Part shown: positions 11,701-27,200 of the stretch, piece after piece
How the letters are laid out: each line of letters starts with the position of its first letter
How positions within the stretch are numbered: position 1 is the first letter of the stretch
Source: Auanema rhodensis
Lineage: Eukaryota; Animalia; Nematoda
NCBI GenBank assembly: GCA_964057225.1
Contig: OZ059896.1
Span: forward strand, 22,444,001-22,508,000
Direction of reading: 5' to 3'
DNA length: 64,000 nt
Notes under the pieces: model-generated
What the model saw: only the letters and a program-made list of their open reading frames with translations
What the model was told of the DNA's origin: nothing
The model's database searches: none
Position numbers and translations under genes: made by a program

Positions 11701-14700
11701 CTAAATTATTTTGAAATTTTTCGGAAAAATTTTTGTCAAAATGTTTTTGGAAGCAATGTTGATTGTACATGGAAACTCAACATACACTAATGCATCATTT
11801 TTCAAACGATCATAACTAATTTTTGTATTAAGCGTTTCTCAATGTAGTATAGTGCATTCGATGCGGATTTTTAAGCTGCGTCGATCTGTGTTATCAGATT
11901 TGCGCTAGCTTAAAAATGCACCGAGATATCAACTGATATAAGTTCACACTTATATCCTCGATTTTCACCCTGAAGAATTGATTTTTTCGTTGAATAACAT
12001 TGTCCATCGTTTTTGCCTTGAAAAAAGAAATCTAAAAACATCTACTTTTTGCTAAATTATTTTGAAATTTTTCGGAAAAATTTTTGTCAAAATGTTTTTG
12101 GAAGCAATGTTGATTGTACATGGAAACTCAACATACACTAATGCATCATTTTTCAAACGATCATAACTAATTTTTGTATTAAGCGTTTCTCAATGTAGTA
12201 TAGTGCATTCGATGCGGATTTTTAAGCTGCGTCGATCTGTGTTATCAGATTTGCGCTAGCTTAAAAATGCACCGAGATATCAACTGATATAAGTTCACAC
12301 TTATATCCTCGATTTTCACCCTGAAGAATTAATTTTTTCGTAGAATAACATTGTCCATCGTCTTTGCCTTGAAAAAAGGAATCTAAAAACATCTACTTTT
12401 TGCTAAATTATTTTGAAATTTTTCGAAAAAATTTTTGTCAAAATGTTTTTGGAAGCAATGTTGAGTGTACATGGAAACTCAACATACACTAATGCATCAT
12501 TTTTCAAACGATCATAACTAATTTTTGTATTAAGCGTTTCTCAATGTAGTATAGTGCATTCGATGCGGATTTTTAAGCTGCGTCGATCTGTGTTATCAGA
12601 TTTGCGCTAGCTTAAAAATGCACCGAGATATCAACTGATATAAGTTCACACTTATATCATCGATTTTCACCCTGAAGAATTAATTTTTTCGTTGAATAAC
12701 ATTGTCCATCGTCTTTGCCTTAAAAAAGGAATCTAAAAACATCTACTTTTTGCTAAATTATTTTGAAATTTTTCGAAAAAATTTTTGTCAAAATGTTTTT
12801 GGAAGCAATGTTGAGTGTACATGGAAACTCAACATACACTAATGCATCATTTTCCAAACGATCATAACTAATTTTTGTATTAAGCGTTTCTCAATGTAGT
12901 ATAGTGCATTCGATGCGGATTTTTAAGCTGCGTCGATCTGTGTTATCAGATTTGCGCTAGCTTAAAAATGCACCGATATATCAACTGATATAAGTTCACA
13001 CTTATATCCTCGATTTTCACCCTGAAGAATTAATTTTTTCGTAGAATAACATTGTCCATCGTCTTTGCCTTGAAAAAAGGAATCTAAAAACATCTACTTT
13101 TTGCTAAATTATTTTGAAATTTTTCGAAAAAATTTTTGTCAAAATGTTTTTGGAAGCAATGTTGAGTGTACATGGAAACTCAACATACACTAATGCATCA
13201 TTTTTCAAACGATCATAACTAATTTTTGTATTAAGCGTTTCTCAATGTAGTATAGTGCATTTGATGCGGATTTTTAAGCTGCGTCGATCTGTGTTATCAG
13301 ATTTGCGCTAGCTTAAAAATGCACCGAGATATCAACTGATATAAGTTCACACTTATATCATCGATTTTCACCCTGAAGAATTAATTTTTTCGTTGAATAA
13401 CATTGTCCATCGTCTTTGCCTTAAAAAAAGGAATCTAAAAACATCTACTTTTTGCTAAATTAATTTGAAATTTTTCGAAAAAATTTTTGTCAAAATGTTT
13501 TTGGAAGCAATGTTGAGTGTACATGGAAACTCAACATACACTAATGCATCATTTTTCAAACGATCATAACTAATTTTTGTATTAAGCGTTTCTCAATGTA
13601 GTATAGTGCATTCGATGCGGATTTTTAAGCTGCGTCGATCTGTGTTATCAGATTTGCGCTAGCTTAAAAATGCACCGAGATATCAACTGATATAAGTTCA
13701 CACTTATATCATCGATTTTCACCCTGAAGAATTAATTTTTTCGTTGAATAACATTGTCCATCGTCTTTGCCTTAAAAAAAGGAATCTAAAAACATCTACT
13801 TTTTGCTAAATTATTTTGAAAGTTTTCGAAAAAATTTTTGTCAAAATGTTTTTGGAAGCAATGTTGAGTGTACATGGAAACTCAACATACACTAATGCAT
13901 CATTTTTCAAACGATCATAACTAATTTTTTATTAAGCGTTTTTCAATGTAGTATAGTGCATTCGATGCGGATTTTTAAGCTGCGTCGATCTGTGTTATCA
14001 GATTTGCGCTAGCTTAAAAATGCACCGAGATATCAACTGATATAAGTTCACACTTATATCCTCGATTTTCACCCTGAAGAATTGATTTTTTCGTTGAATA
14101 ACATTGTCCATCGTTTTTGCCTTGAAAAAAGAAATCTAAAAACATCTACTTTTTGCTAAATTATTTTGAAATTTTTCGAAAAAATTTTTGTCAAAATGTT
14201 TTTGGAAGCAATGTTGATTGTACATGGAAACTCAACATACACTAATGCATCATTTTTCAAACGATCATAACTAATTTTTGTATTAAGCGTTTCTCAATGT
14301 AGTATAGTGCATTTGATGCGGATTTTTAAGTTGCGTCGATCTGTGTTATCAGATTTGCGCTAGCTTAAAAATGCACCGAGATATCAACTGATATAAGTTC
14401 ACACTTATATCCTCGATTTTCACCCTGAAGAATTGATTTTTTCGTTGAATAACATTGTCCATCGTTTTTGCCTTGAAAAAAGAAATCTAAAAACATCTAC
14501 TTTTTGCTAAATTATTTTGAAATTTTTCGAAAAAATTTTTGTCAAAATGTTTTTGGAAGCAATGTTGATTGTACATGGAAACTCAACATACACTAATGCA
14601 TCATTTTCCGAACAATCATAACTAATTTTTGTATTAAGCGTTTTTCAATGTAGTATAGTGCATTCGATGCGGATTTTTAAGCTGCGTCGATCTGTGTTAT

Positions 14701-15086
14701 CAGATTTGCGCTAGCTTAAAAATGCACCGAGATATCAACTGATATAAGTTCACACTTATATCCTCGATTTTCACCCTGAAGAATTAATTTTTTCGTTGAA
14801 TAACATTGTCCATCGTCTTTGCCTTGAAAAGAGGAATCTAAAAACATCTACTTTTTGCTAAATTATTCTGAAATTTTTCGAAAAAATTTTTGTCAAAATG
14901 TTTTTGGAAGCAATGTTGAGTGTACATGGAAACTCAACATACACTAATGCATCATTTTTCAAACGATCATAACTAATTTTTGTATTAAGCGTTTCTCAAT
15001 GTAGTATAGTGCATTCCATGCGGATTTTTAAGCTGCGTCGATCTGTGTTATCAGATTTGCGCTAGCTTAAAAATGCACCGAGATAT

Positions 15087-18000
15087 CAACTGATATAAGT
15101 TCACACTTATATCATCGATTTTCACCCTGAAGAATTAATTTTTTCGTTGAATAACATTGTCCATCGTCTTTGCCTTAAAAAAAGGAATCTAAAAACATCT
15201 ACTTTTTGCTAAATTATTTTGAAAGTTTTCGAAAAAATTTTTGTCAAAATGTTTTTGGAAGCAATGTTGAGTGTACATGGAAACTCAACATACACTAATG
15301 CATCATTTTTCAAACGATCATAACTAATTTTTTATTAAGCGTTTTTCAATGTAGTATAGTGCATTCGATGCGGATTTTTAAGCTGCGTCGATCTGTGTTA
15401 TCAGATTTGCGCTAGCTTAAAAATGCACCGAGATATCAACTGATATAAGTTCACACTTATATCCTCGATTTTCACCCTGAAGAATTGATTTTTTCGTTGA
15501 ATAACATTGTCCATCGTTTTTGCCTTGAAAAAAGAAATCTAAAAACATCTACTTTTTGCTAAATTATTTTGAAATTTTTCGAAAAAATTTTTGTCAAAAT
15601 GTTTTTGGAAGCAATGTTGATTGTACATGGAAACTCAACATACACTAATGCATCATTTTTCAAACGATCATAACTAATTTTTGTATTAAGCGTTTCTCAA
15701 TGTAGTATAGTGCATTTGATGCGGATTTTTAAGCTGCGTCGATCTGTGTTATCAGATTTGCGCTAGCTTAAAAATGCACCGAGATATCAACTGATATAAG
15801 TTCACACTTATATCCTCGATTTTCACCCTGAAGAATTGATTTTTTCGTTGAATAACATTGTCCATCGTTTTTGCCTTGAAAAAAGAAATCTAAAAACATC
15901 TACTTTTTGCTAAATTATTTTGAAATTTTTCGAAAAAATTTTTGTCAAAATGTTTTTGGAAGCAATGTTGAGTGTACATGGAAACTCAACATACACTAAT
16001 GCATCATTTTTCAAACGATCATAACTAATTTTTGTATTAAGCGTTTCTCAATGTAGTATAGTGCATTCCATGCGGATTTTTAAGCTGCGTCGATCTGTGT
16101 TATCAGATTTGCGCTAGCTTAAAAATGCACCGAGATATCAACTGATATAAGTTCACACTTATATCATCGATTTTCACCCTGAAGAATTAATTTTTTCGTT
16201 GAATAACATTGTCCATCGTCTTTGCCTTAAAAAAAGGAATCTAAAAACATCTACTTTTTGCTAAATTATTTTGAAAGTTTTCGAAAAAATTTTTGTCAAA
16301 ATGTTTTTGGAAGCAATGTTGAGTGTACATGGAAACTCAACATACACTAATGCATCATTTTTCAAACGATCATAACTAATTTTTTATTAAGCGTTTTTCA
16401 ATGTAGTATAGTGCATTCGATGCGGATTTTTAAGCTGCGTCGATCTGTGTTATCAGATTTGCGCTAGTTTAAAAATGCACCGAGATATCAACTGATATAA
16501 GTTCACACTTATATCCTCGATTTTCACCCTGAAGAATTAATTTTTTCGTTGAATAACATTGTCCATCGTCTTTGCTTTGAAAAAAGGAATCTAAAAACAT
16601 CTACTTTTTGCTAAATTATTTTGAAATTTTTCGAAAAAATTTTTGTCAAAATGTTTTTGGAAACAATGTTGAGTGTACATGGAAACTCAACATACACTAA
16701 TGCATCATTTTTCAAACGATCATAACTAATTTCTGTATTAAGCGTTTCTCAATGTAGTATAGTGCATTCGATGCGGATTTTTAAGCTGCGTCGATCTGTG
16801 TTATCAGATTTGCGCTAGCTTAAAAATGCACCGAGATATCAACTGATATAAGTTCACACTTATATCCTCGATTTTCACCCTGAAGAATTGATTTTTTCGT
16901 TGAATAACATTGTCCATCGTTTTTGCCTTGAAAAAAGAAATCTAAAAACATCTACTTTTTGCTAAATTATTTTGAAATTTTTCGAAAAAATTTTTGTCAA
17001 AATGTTTTTGGAAGCAATGTTGATTGTACATGGAAACTCAACATACACTAATGCATCATTTTTCAAACGATCATAACTAATTTTTGTATTAAGCGTTTCT
17101 CAATGTAGTATAGTGCATTCCATGCGGATTTTTAAGCTGCGTCGATCTGTGTTATCAGATTTGCGCTAGCTTAAAAATGCACCGAGATATCAACTGATAT
17201 AAGTTCACACTTATATCATCGATTTTCACCCTGAAGAATTAATTTTTTCGTTGAATAACATTGTCCATCGTCTTTGCCTTAAAAAAAGGAATCTAAAAAC
17301 ATCTACTTTTTGCTAAATTATTTTGAAAGTTTTCGAAAAAATTTTTGTCAAAATGTTTTTGGAAGCAATGTTGAGTGTACATGGAAACTCAACATACACT
17401 AATGCATCATTTTTCAAACGATCATAACTAATTTTTTATTAAGCGTTTTTCAATGTAGTATAGTGCATTCGATGCGGATTTTTAAGCTGCGTCGATCTGT
17501 GTTATCAGATTTGCGCTAGCTTAAAAATGCACCGAGATATCAACTGATATAAGTTCACACTTATATCCTCGATTTTCACCCTGAAGAATTGATTTTTTCG
17601 TTGAATAACATTGTCCATCGTTTTTGCCTTAAAAAAAGAAATCTAAAAACATCTACTTTTTGCTAAATTATTTTGAAATTTTTCGAAAAAATTTTTGTCA
17701 AAATGTTTTTGGAAGCAATGTTGATTGTACATGGAAACTCAACATACACTAATGCATCATTTTTCAAACGATCATAACTAATTTTTGTATTAAGCGTTTC
17801 TCAATGTAGTATAGTGCATTTGATGCGGATTTTTAAGCTGCGTCGATCTGTGTTATCAGATTTGCGCTAGCTTAAAAATGCACCGAGATATCAACTGATA
17901 TAAGTTCACACTTATATCCTCGATTTTCACCCTGAAGAATTGATTTTTTCGTTGAATAACATTGTCCATCGTTTTTGCCTTGAAAAAAGAAATCTAAAAA

Positions 18001-18242
18001 CATCTACTTTTTGCTAAATTATTTTGAAATTTTTCGAAAAAATTTTTGTCAAAATGTTTTTGGAAGCAATGTTGAGTGTACATGGAAACTCAACATACAC
18101 TAATGCATCATTTTTCAAACGATCATAACTAATTTTTGTATTAAGCGTTTCTCAATGTAGTATAGTGCATTCCATGCGGATTTTTAAGCTGCGTCGATCT
18201 GTGTTATCAGATTTGCGCTAGCTTAAAAATGCACCGAGATAT
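15087..18242. repeat. Local 3-monomer higher-order repeat x3 (1052-bp period; middle unit altered)
   Basis: The 350-bp AAAGTTTTCG/TTTTTATT monomer starts at 15087, 16139 and 17191, and each unit ends in a TTCCATGCGG-variant monomer. Confidence 0.8.
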
Positions 18243-20699
18243 CAACTGATATAAGTTCACACTTATATCCTCGATTTTCACCCTGAAGAATTAATTTTTT
18301 CGTTGAATAACATTGTCCATCGTCTTTGCTTTGAAAAAATGAATCTAAAAACATCTACTTTTTGCTAAATTATTTTGAAATTTTTCGAAAAAATTTTTGT
18401 CAAAATGTTTTTGGAAACAATGTTGAGTGTACATGGAAACTCAACATACACTAATGCATCATTTTTCAAACGATCATAACTAATTTCTGTATTAAGCGTT
18501 TCTCAATGTAGTATAGTGCATTCGATGCGGATTTTTAAGCTGCGTCGATCTGTGTTATCAGATTTGCGCTAGCTTAAAAATGCACCGAGATATCAACTGA
18601 TATAAGTTCACACTTATATCCTCGATTTTCACCCTGAAGAATTAATTTTTTCGTTGAATAACATTGTCCATCGTCTTTGCTTTGAAAAAAGGAATCTAAA
18701 AACATCTACTTTTTGCTAAATTATTTTGAAATTTTTCGAAAAAATTTTTGTCAAAATGTTTTTGGAAACAATGTTGAGTGTACATGGAAACTCAACATAC
18801 ACTAATGCATCATTTTTCAAACGATCATAACTAATTTCTGTATTAAGCGTTTCTCAATGTAGTATAGTGCATTCGATGCGGATTTTTAAGCTGCGTCGAT
18901 CTGTGTTATCAGATTTGCGCTAGTTTAAAAATGCACCGAGATATCAACTGATATAAGTTCACACTTATATCCTCGATTTTCACCCTGAAGAATTAATTTT
19001 TTCGTTGAATAACATTGTCCATCGTCTTTGCTTTGAAAAAAGGAATCTAAAAACATCTACTTTTTGCTAAATTATTTTGAAATTTTTCGAAAAAATTTTT
19101 GTCAAAATGTTTTTGGAAGCAATGTTGAGTGTACATGGAAACTCAACATACACTAATGCATCATTTTTCAAACGATCATAACTAATTTCTGTATTAAGCG
19201 TTTCTCAATGTAGTATAGTGCATTCGATGCGGATTTTTAAGCTGCGTCGATCTGTGTTATCAGATTTGCGCTAGCTTAAAAATGCACCGAGATATCAACT
19301 GATATAAGTTCACACTTATATCCTCGATTTTCACCCTGAAGAATTAATTTTTTCGTTGAATAACATTGTCCATCGTCTTTGCTTTGAAAAAAGGAATCTA
19401 AAAACATCTACTTTTTGCTAAATTATTTTGAAATTTTTCGAAAAAATTTTTGTCAAAATGTTTTTGGAAGCAATGTTGAGTGTACATGGAAACTCAACAT
19501 ACACTAATGCATCATTTTTCAAACGATCATAACTAATTTCTGTATTAAGCGTTTCTCAATGTAGTATAGTGCATTCGATGCGGATTTTTAAGCTGCGTCG
19601 ATCTGTGTTATCAGATTTGCGCTAGCTTAAAAATGCACCGAGATATCAACTGATATAAGTTCACACTTATATCCTCGATTTTCACCCTGAAGAATTAATT
19701 TTTTCGTTGAATAACATTGTCCATCGTCTTTGCCTTGAAAAAAGGAATCTAAAAACATCTACTTTTTGCTAAATTATTCTGAAATTTTTCGAAAAAATTT
19801 TTGTCAAAATGTTTTTGGAAACAATGTTGAGTGTACATGGAAACTCAACATACACTAATGCATCATTTTTCAAACGATCATAACTAATTTCTGTATTAAG
19901 CGTTTCTCAATGTAGTATAGTGCATTCGATGCGGATTTTTAAGCTGCGTCGATCTGTGTTATCAGATTTGCGCTAGTTTAAAAATGCACCGAGATATCAA
20001 CTGATATAAGTTCACACTTATATCCTCGATTTTCACCCTGAAGAATTAATTTTTTCGTTGAATAACATTGTCCATCGTCTTTGCTTTGAAAAAAGGAATC
20101 TAAAAACATCTACTTTTTGCTAAATTATTTTGAAATTTTTCGAAAAAATTTTTGTCAAAATGTTTTTGGAAGCAATGTTGAGTGTACATGGAAACTCAAC
20201 ATACACTAATGCATCATTTTTCAAACGATCATAACTAATTTCTGTATTAAGCGTTTCTCAATGTAGTATAGTGCATTCGATGCGGATTTTTAAGCTGCGT
20301 CGATCTGTGTTATCAGATTTGCGCTAGCTTAAAAATGCACCGAGATATCAACTGATATAAGTTCACACTTATATCCTCGATTTTCACCCTGAAGAATTAA
20401 TTTTTTCGTTGAATAACATTGTCCATCGTCTTTGCCTTGAAAAAAGGAATCTAAAAACATCTACTTTTTGCTAAATTATTCTGAAATTTTTCGAAAAAAT
20501 TTTTGTCAAAATGTTTTTGGAAGCAATGTTGAGTGTACATGGAAACTCAACATACACTAATGCATCATTTTTCAAACGATCATAACTAATTTTTGTATTA
20601 AGCGTTTCTCAATGTAGTATAGTGCATTCGATGCGGATTTTTAAGCTGCGTCGATCTGTGTTATCAGATTTGCGCTAGCTTAAAAATGCACCGAGATAT

Positions 20700-23600
20700 C
20701 AACTGATATAAGTTCACACTTATATCCTCGATTTTCACCCTGAAGAATTAATTTTTTCGTTGAATAACATTGTCCATCGTCTTTGCTTTGAAAAAAGGAA
20801 TCTAAAAACATCTACTTTTTGCTAAATTAATTTGAAATTTTTCGAAAAAATTTTTGTCAAAATGTTTTTGGAAACAATGTTGAGTGTACATGGAAACTCA
20901 ACATACACTAATGCATCATTTTTCAAACGATCATAACTAATTTCTGTATTAAGCGTTTCTCAATGTAGTATAGTGCATTCGATGCGGATTTTTAAGCTGC
21001 GTCGATCTGTGTTATCAGATTTGCGCTAGCTTAAAAATGCACCGAGATATCAACTGATATAAGTTCACACTTATATCCTCGATTTTCACCCTGAAGAATT
21101 AATTTTTTCGTTGAATAACATTGTCCATCGTCTTTGCCTTGAAAAAAGGAATCTAAAATCATCTACTTTTTGCTAAATTATTCTGAAATTTTTCGAAAAA
21201 ATTTTTGTCAAAATGTTTTTGGAAGCAATGTTGAGTGTACATGGAAACTCAACATACACTAATGCATCATTTTTCAAACGATCATAACTAATTTTTGTAT
21301 TAAGCGTTTCTCAATGTAGTATAGTGCATTCGATGCGGATTTTTAAGCTGCGTCGATCTGTGTTATCAGATTTGCGCTAGCTTAAATATGCACCGAGATA
21401 TCAACTGATATAAGTTCACACTTATATCCTCGATTTTCACCCTGAAGAATTAATTTTTTCGTAGAATAACATTGTCCATCGTCTTTGCCTTGAAAAAAAG
21501 AATTTAAAAACATCTACTTTTTGCTAAATTAATTTGAAATTTTTCGAAAAAATTTTTGTCAAAATGTTTTTGGAAGCAATGTTGAGTGTACATGGAAACT
21601 CAACATACACTAATGCATCATTTTTCAAACGATCATAACTAATTTTTGTATTAAGCGTTTCTCAATGTAGTATAGTGCATTCGATGCGGATTTTTAAGCT
21701 GCGTCGATCTGTGTTATCAGATTTGCGCTAGCTTAAAAATGCACCGTTATATCAACTGATATAAGTTCACACTTATATCCTCGATTTTCACCCTGAAGAA
21801 TTGATTTTTTCGTAGAATAACATTGTCCATCGTCTTTGCCTTGAAAAAAGGAATCTAAAAACATCTACTTTTTGCTAAATTATTTTGAAATTTTTCGAAA
21901 ACATTTTTGTCAAAATGTTTTTGGAAGCAATGTTGATTGTACATGGAAACTCAACATACACTAATGCATCATTTTTCAAACGATCATAACTAATTTTTGT
22001 ATTAAGCGTTTCTCAATGTAGTATAATGCATTCGATGCGGATTTTTAAGCTGCGTCGATCTGTGTTATCAGATTTGCGCTAGCTTAAAAATGCACCGAGA
22101 TATCAACTGATATAAGTTCACACTTATATCCTCGATTTTCACCCTGAAGAATTAATTTTTTCGTAGAATAACATTGTCCATCGTCTTTGCCTTAAAAAAA
22201 GGAATCTAAAAACATCTACTTTTTGCTAAATTAATTTGAAATTTTTCGAAAAAATTTTTGTCAAAATGTTTTTGGAAGCAATGTTGAGTGTACATGGAAA
22301 CTCAACATACACTAATGCATCATTTTTCAAACGATCATAACTAATTTTTGTATTAAGCGTTTCTCAATGTAGTATAGTGCATTCGATGCGGATTTTTAAG
22401 CTGCGTCGATCTGTGTTATCAGATTTGCGCTAGCTTAAAAATGCACCGAGATATCAACTGATATAAGTTCACACTTATATCCTCGATTTTCACCCTGAAG
22501 AATTAATTTTTTCGTTGAATAACATTGTCCATCGTCTTTGCTTTGAAAAAAGGAATCTAAAAACATCTACTTTTTGCTAAATTAATTTGAAATTTTTCGA
22601 AAAAATTTTTGTCAAAATGTTTTTGGAAACAATGTTGAGTGTACATGGAAACTCAACATACACTAATGCATCATTTTTCAAACGATCATAACTAATTTCT
22701 GTATTAAGCGTTTCTCAATGTAGTATAGTGCATTCGATGCGGATTTTTAAGCTGCGTCGATCTGTGTTATCAGATTTGCGCTAGCTTAAAAATGCACCGA
22801 GATATCAACTGATATAAGTTCACACTTATATCCTCGATTTTCACCCTGAAGAATTAATTTTTTCGTTGAATAACATTGTCCATCGTCTTTGCCTTGAAAA
22901 AAGGAATCTAAAATCATCTACTTTTTGCTAAATTATTCTGAAATTTTTCGAAAAAATTTTTGTCAAAATGTTTTTGGAAGCAATGTTGAGTGTACATGGA
23001 AACTCAACATACACTAATGCATCATTTTTCAAACGATCATAACTAATTTTTGTATTAAGCGTTTCTCAATGTAGTATAGTGCATTCGATGCGGATTTTTA
23101 AGCTGCGTCGATCTGTGTTATCAGATTTGCGCTAGCTTAAATATGCACCGAGATATCAACTGATATAAGTTCACACTTATATCCTCGATTTTCACCCTGA
23201 AGAATTAATTTTTTCGTAGAATAACATTGTCCATCGTCTTTGCCTTGAAAAAAAGAATCTAAAAACATCTACTTTTTGCTAAATTATTTTGAAATTTTTC
23301 GAAAAAATTTTTGTCAAAATGTTTTTGGAAGCAATGTTGAGTGTACATGGAAACTCAACATACACTAATGCATCATTTTTCAAACGATCATAACTAATTT
23401 TTGTATTAAGCGTTTCTCAATGTAGTATAGTGCATTCGATGCGGATTTTTAAGCTGCGTCGATCTGTGTTATCAGATTTGCGCTAGCTTAAAAATGCACC
23501 GTTATATCAACTGATATAAGTTCACACTTATATCCTCGATTTTCACCCTGAAGAATTGATTTTTTCGTAGAATAACATTGTCCATCGTCTTTGCCTTGAA

Positions 23601-24209
23601 AAAAGGAATCTAAAAACATCTACTTTTTGCTAAATTATTTTGAAATTTTTCGAAAACATTTTTGTCAAAATGTTTTTGGAAGCAATGTTGATTGTACATG
23701 GAAACTCAACATACACTAATGCATCATTTTTCAAACGATCATAACTAATTTTTGTATTAAGCGTTTCTCAATGTAGTATAATGCATTCGATGCGGATTTT
23801 TAAGCTGCGTCGATCTGTGTTATCAGATTTGCGCTAGCTTAAAAATGCACCGAGATATCAACTGATATAAGTTCACACTTATATCCTCGATTTTCACCCT
23901 GAAGAATTAATTTTTTCGTAGAATAACATTGTCCATCGTCTTTGCCTTAAAAAAAGGAATCTAAAAACATCTACTTTTTGCTAAATTAATTTGAAATTTT
24001 TCGAAAAAATTTTTGTCAAAATGTTTTTGGAAGCAATGTTGAGTGTACATGGAAACTCAACATACACTAATGCATCATTTTTCAAACGATCATAACTAAT
24101 TTTTGTATTAAGCGTTTCTCAATGTAGTATAGTGCATTCGATGCGGATTTTTAAGCTGCGTCGATCTGTGTTATCAGATTTGCGCTAGCTTAAAAATGCA
24201 CCGAGATAT
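20700..24209. repeat. Local 5-monomer higher-order repeat x2 (1755-bp period)
   Basis: Rare variants AAATCATC, TTAAATATG, CCGTTATA, AAAACATTTT and TATAATGC recur in the same order at 20700-22454 and 22455-24209. Confidence 0.9.
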
Positions 24210-27200
24210 CAACTGATATAAGTTCACACTTATATCCTCGATTTTCACCCTGAAGAATTAATTTTTTCGTTGAATAACATTGTCCATCGTTTTTGCCTTA
24301 AAAAAAGGAATCTAAAAACATCTACTTTTTGCTAAATTATTTTGAAATTTTTCGAAAAAATTTTTGTCAAAATGTTTTTGGAAGCAATGTTGAGTGTACA
24401 TGGAAACTCAACATACACTAATGCATCATTTTTCAAACGATCATAACTAATTTTTGTATTAAGCGTTTCTCAATGTAGTATAGTGCATTCGATGCGGATT
24501 TTTAAGCTGCGTCGATCTGTGTTATCAGATTTGCGCTAGCTTGAAAATGCACCGAGATATCAACTGATATAAGTTCACACTTATATCCTCGATTTTCACC
24601 CTGAAGAATTAATTTTTTCGTTGAATAACATTGTCTATCGTCTTTGCCTTGAAAAATGGAATCTAAAAACATCTACTTTTTGCTAAATTATTTTGAAATT
24701 TTTCGAAAAAATTTTTGTCAAAATGTTTTTGGAAGCAATGTTGAGTGTACATGGAAACTCAACATACACTAATGCATCATTTTTCAAACGATCATAACTA
24801 ATTTTTGTATCAAGCGTTTCTCAATGTAGTATAGTGCATTCGATGCGGATTTTAAGCTGCGCCGATCTGTGTTATCAGATTTGCGCTAGCTTAAAAATGC
24901 ACCGAGATATCAACTGATATAAGTTCACACTTATATCCTCTATTTTCACCCTGAAGAATTAATTTTTTCGATGAATAACATTGTCCATCGTCTTTGCCTT
25001 GAAAAAAGGAATCTAAAAACATCTACTTTTTGCTAAATTATTTTGAAATTTTTCGAAAAAATTTTTGTCAAAATGTTTTTGGAAGCAATGTTGAGTGTAC
25101 ATGGAAACTCAACATACACTAATGCATCATTTTTCAAACGATCATAACTAATTTTTGTATCAAGCGTTTCTCAATGTAGTATAGTGCATTCGATGCGGAT
25201 TTTAAGCTGCGCCGATCTGTGTTATCAGATTTGCGCTAGCTTAAAAATGCACCGAGATATCAACTGATATAAGTTCACACTTATATCCTCGATTTTCACC
25301 CTGAAGAATTAATTTTTTCGTTGAATAACATTGTCTATCGTCTTTGCCTTGAAAAATGGAATCTAAAAACATCTACTTTTTGCTAAATTATTTTGAAATT
25401 TTTCGAAAAAATTTTTGTCAAAATGTTTTTGGAAGCAATGTTGAGTGTACATGGAAACTCAACATACACTAATGCATCATTTTTCAAACGATCATAACTA
25501 ATTTTTGTATCAAGCGTTTCTTGATGTAGTATAGTGCATTCGATGCAGATTTTTAAGCTGCGTCGATCTGTGTTATCAGATTTGCGCTAGCTTAAAAATG
25601 CACAGAGATATCAACTGATATAAGTTCACACTTATATCCTCGATTTTCACCCTGAAGAATTAATTTTTTCATTGAATAACATTGTCCATCGTCTTTGCCT
25701 TAAAAAAAGGAATCTAGAAACATCTACTTTTTGCTAAATTATTTTGAAATTTTTCGAAAAAATTTTTGTCAAAATGTTTTTGGAAGCAATGTTGAGTGTA
25801 CATGGAAACTCAACATACACTAATGCATCATTTTTCAAACGATCATAACTAATTTTTGTATTAAGCGTTTCTCAATGTAGTATAGTGCATTCGATGCGGA
25901 TTTTTAAGCTGCGTCGATCTGTGTTATCAGATTTGCGCTAGCTTAAAAATGCACCGAGATATCAACTGATATATGTTCACACTTATATCCTCTATTTTCA
26001 CCCTGAAGAATTAATTTTTTCGTTGAATAACATTGTCCATCGTCTTTGCCTTGAAAAAAGGAATCTAAAAACATCTACTTTTTGCTAAATTATTTTGAAA
26101 TTTTTCGAAAAAATTTTTGTCAAAATGTTTTTGGAAGCAATGTTGAGTGTACATGGAAACTCAACATACACTAATGCATCATTTTTCAAACGATCATAAC
26201 TAATTTTTGTATCAAGCGTTTCTCAATTTAGTATAGTGCATTCGATGCGGATTTTTAAGCTGCGTCGATCTGTGTTATCAGATTTGCGCTAGCTTAAAAA
26301 TGCACCGAGATATCAACTGATATAAGTTCACACTTATATCCTCGATTTTCACCCTGAAGAATTAATTTTTTCGTTGAATAACATTGTCTATCGTCTTTGC
26401 CTTGAAAAATGGAATCTAAAAACATCTACTTTTTGCTAAATTATTTTGAAATTTTTCGAAAAAATTTTTGTCAAAATGTTTTTGGAAGCAATGTTGAGTG
26501 TACATGGAAACTCAACATACACTAATGCATCATTTTTCAAACGATCATAACTAATTTTTGTATCAAGCGTTTCTCAATGTAGTATAGTGCATTCGATGCG
26601 GATTTTTAAGCTGCGTCGATCTGTGTTATCAGATTTGCGCTAGCTTGAAAATGCACCGAGATATCAACTGATATAAGTTCACACTTATATCCTCGATTTT
26701 CGTCCTGAAGAATTAATTTTTTCGTTGAATAACATTGTCCATCGTCTTTGCCTTAAAAAAAGGAATCTAAAAACATCTACTTTTTGCTAAATTATTTTGA
26801 AATATTTCGAAAAAATTTTTGTCAAAATGTTTTTGGAAGCAATGTTGAGTGTACATGGAAACTCAACATACACTAATGCATCATTTTTCAAACGATCATA
26901 ACTAATTTTTGTATCAAGCGTTTCTCAATGTAGTATAGTGCATTCGATGCGGATTTTAAGCTGCGCCGATCTGTGTTATCAGATTTGCGCTAGCTTAAAA
27001 ATGCACCGAGATATCAACTGATATAAGTTCACACTTATATCCTCTATTTTCACCCTGAAGAATTAATTTTTTCGTTGAATAACATTGTCCATCGTCTTTG
27101 CCTTGAAAAAAGGAATCTAAAAACATCTACTTTTTGCTAAATTATTTTGAAATTTTTCGAAAAAATTTTTGTCAAAATGTTTTTGGAAGCAATGTTGAGT

